Positions 62,801 to 64,000 of a DNA stretch of 64,000 nucleotides are shown piece by piece. Under the pieces are notes generated by a model. It made no database searches. It worked only from the letters and a program-made list of their open reading frames with translations, and was not told the DNA's origin. Location of the stretch: positions 62,001-126,000 of the forward strand of contig NIVC01000822.1 in the NCBI GenBank assembly GCA_002269645.1, read 5' to 3'. Source of the stretch: Macrostomum lignano (taxonomy: Eukaryota). How positions within the stretch are numbered: position 1 is the stretch's first letter; every line of letters starts with the position of its first letter. A program made the position numbers and the translations under genes.

Positions 62801-64000
62801 TGTAAAGATACTTATGTGTAAAGATACATGTGTAAAGATACATGTGTAAAGATACTTATGTGTAAAGATACTTATGTGTAAAGATACTTATGTGTAAAGA
62901 TACATGTGTAAAGATACTTATGTGTAAAGATGTATGTGTAAAGATACACGTAGAAAGATTACATGTGTAAAGATACTTATGTGTAAAGATACTTATGTGT
63001 AAAGATATATGTGTAAAGATACATGTGTAAAGATACTTATGTGTAAAGATACTTATGTGTAAAGATGTATGTGCAAAGATTACATGTGTAAAGATACTTA
63101 TGTGTAAAGATACTTATGTGTAAAGATACATGTGTAAAGATACATGTGTAAAGATACTTATGTGTAAAGATACTTATGTGTAAAGATACATGTGTAAAGA
63201 TACTTATGTGTAAAGATACTTATGTGTAAAGATGTATGTGTAAAGATACATGTAGAAAGATTACATGTGTAAAGATACTTATGTGTAAAGATACTTATGT
63301 GTAAAGATACTTATGTGTAAAGATACTTATGTGTAAAGATACATGTGTAAAGATACTTATGTGTAAAGATACTTATGTGTAAAGATATATGTGTAAAGAT
63401 ACATGTGTAAAGATACTTATGTGTAAAGATACTTATGTGTAAAGATACATGTGTAAAGATACATGTGTAAAGATACTTATGTGTAAAGATACTTATGTGT
63501 AAAGATACTTATGTGTAAAGATACATGTGTAAAGATACTTATGTGTAAAGATGTATGTGTAAAGATACACGTAGAAAGATTACATGTGTAAAGATACTTA
63601 TGTGTAAAGATACTTATGTGTAAAGATATATGTGTAAAGATACATGTGTAAAGATACTTATGTGTAAAGATACTTATGTGTAAAGATACATGTGTAAAGA
63701 TACTTATGTGTAAAGATACATGTGTAAAGATACATGTGTAAAGATACATGTGTAAAGATACATGTGTAAAGATACATGTGTAAAGATACATTTGTAAAGA
63801 TACATGTGTAAAGATACATGTGTAAAGATACATGTGTAAAGATACATGTGTAAAGATACTTATGTGTAAAGATGTATGTGTAAAGATACATGTAGAAAGA
63901 TTACATGTGTAAAGATACTTATGTGTAAAGATACATGTGTAAAGATACTTATGTGTAAAGATACTTATGTGTAAAGATACATGTGTAAAGATACTTATGT
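59879..64000. repeat. AT-rich satellite of interspersed 14-bp (GTAAAGATACATGT) and 16-bp (GTAAAGATACTTATGT) units
   Basis: More than 4 kb, runs off the window end; the ORFs here are repeat artefacts. Confidence 0.97.

Noticed and set aside
59879-63891. MYLYTCIFTH-type ORFs
   Set aside because: Translations of the satellite
1-64000. CRISPR-like appearance of regular 22-57 bp repeats
   Set aside because: Units are contiguous with no unique spacers, there are no cas genes, and the context is intron-containing eukaryotic DNA; these are minisatellites

Overview
Eukaryotic (animal) genomic DNA. The mix of GC-rich exons, introns packed with private minisatellites, and AT-rich, CpG-depleted transposon-rich spacers is reminiscent of the flatworm Macrostomum, but that is inference only. 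Genes supported by splice-phase-consistent exon models: one exon of an HR96/NR1J-type nuclear receptor (-), a three-thioredoxin-domain TXNDC5/ERp46-like PDI (-, 5' end not found), a complete PUF60/half-pint orthologue (-), two intact intronless tandem TSPO-related multi-pass membrane genes (+), a 4-zinc-finger gene (-), and an orphan ORF (-). Mobile DNA: two decayed Ty3/Gypsy elements, a very recent 1.8-kb non-coding LTR element with identical LTRs nested in a hAT MITE plus an old CpG-decayed solo LTR of the same family, two Mutator-like elements with 9-bp TSDs, several hAT/Harbinger/Tc1-type MITEs, a LINE RT fragment, and a Penelope-type minimal hammerhead ribozyme motif about 0.55 kb upstream of the first TSPO-like gene. 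Most notable: intronic minisatellites whose repeat unit is a copy of the true splice junction (acceptor in the TXNDC5-like gene, donor in PUF60), the TSPO-like gene pair, and the hammerhead motif.
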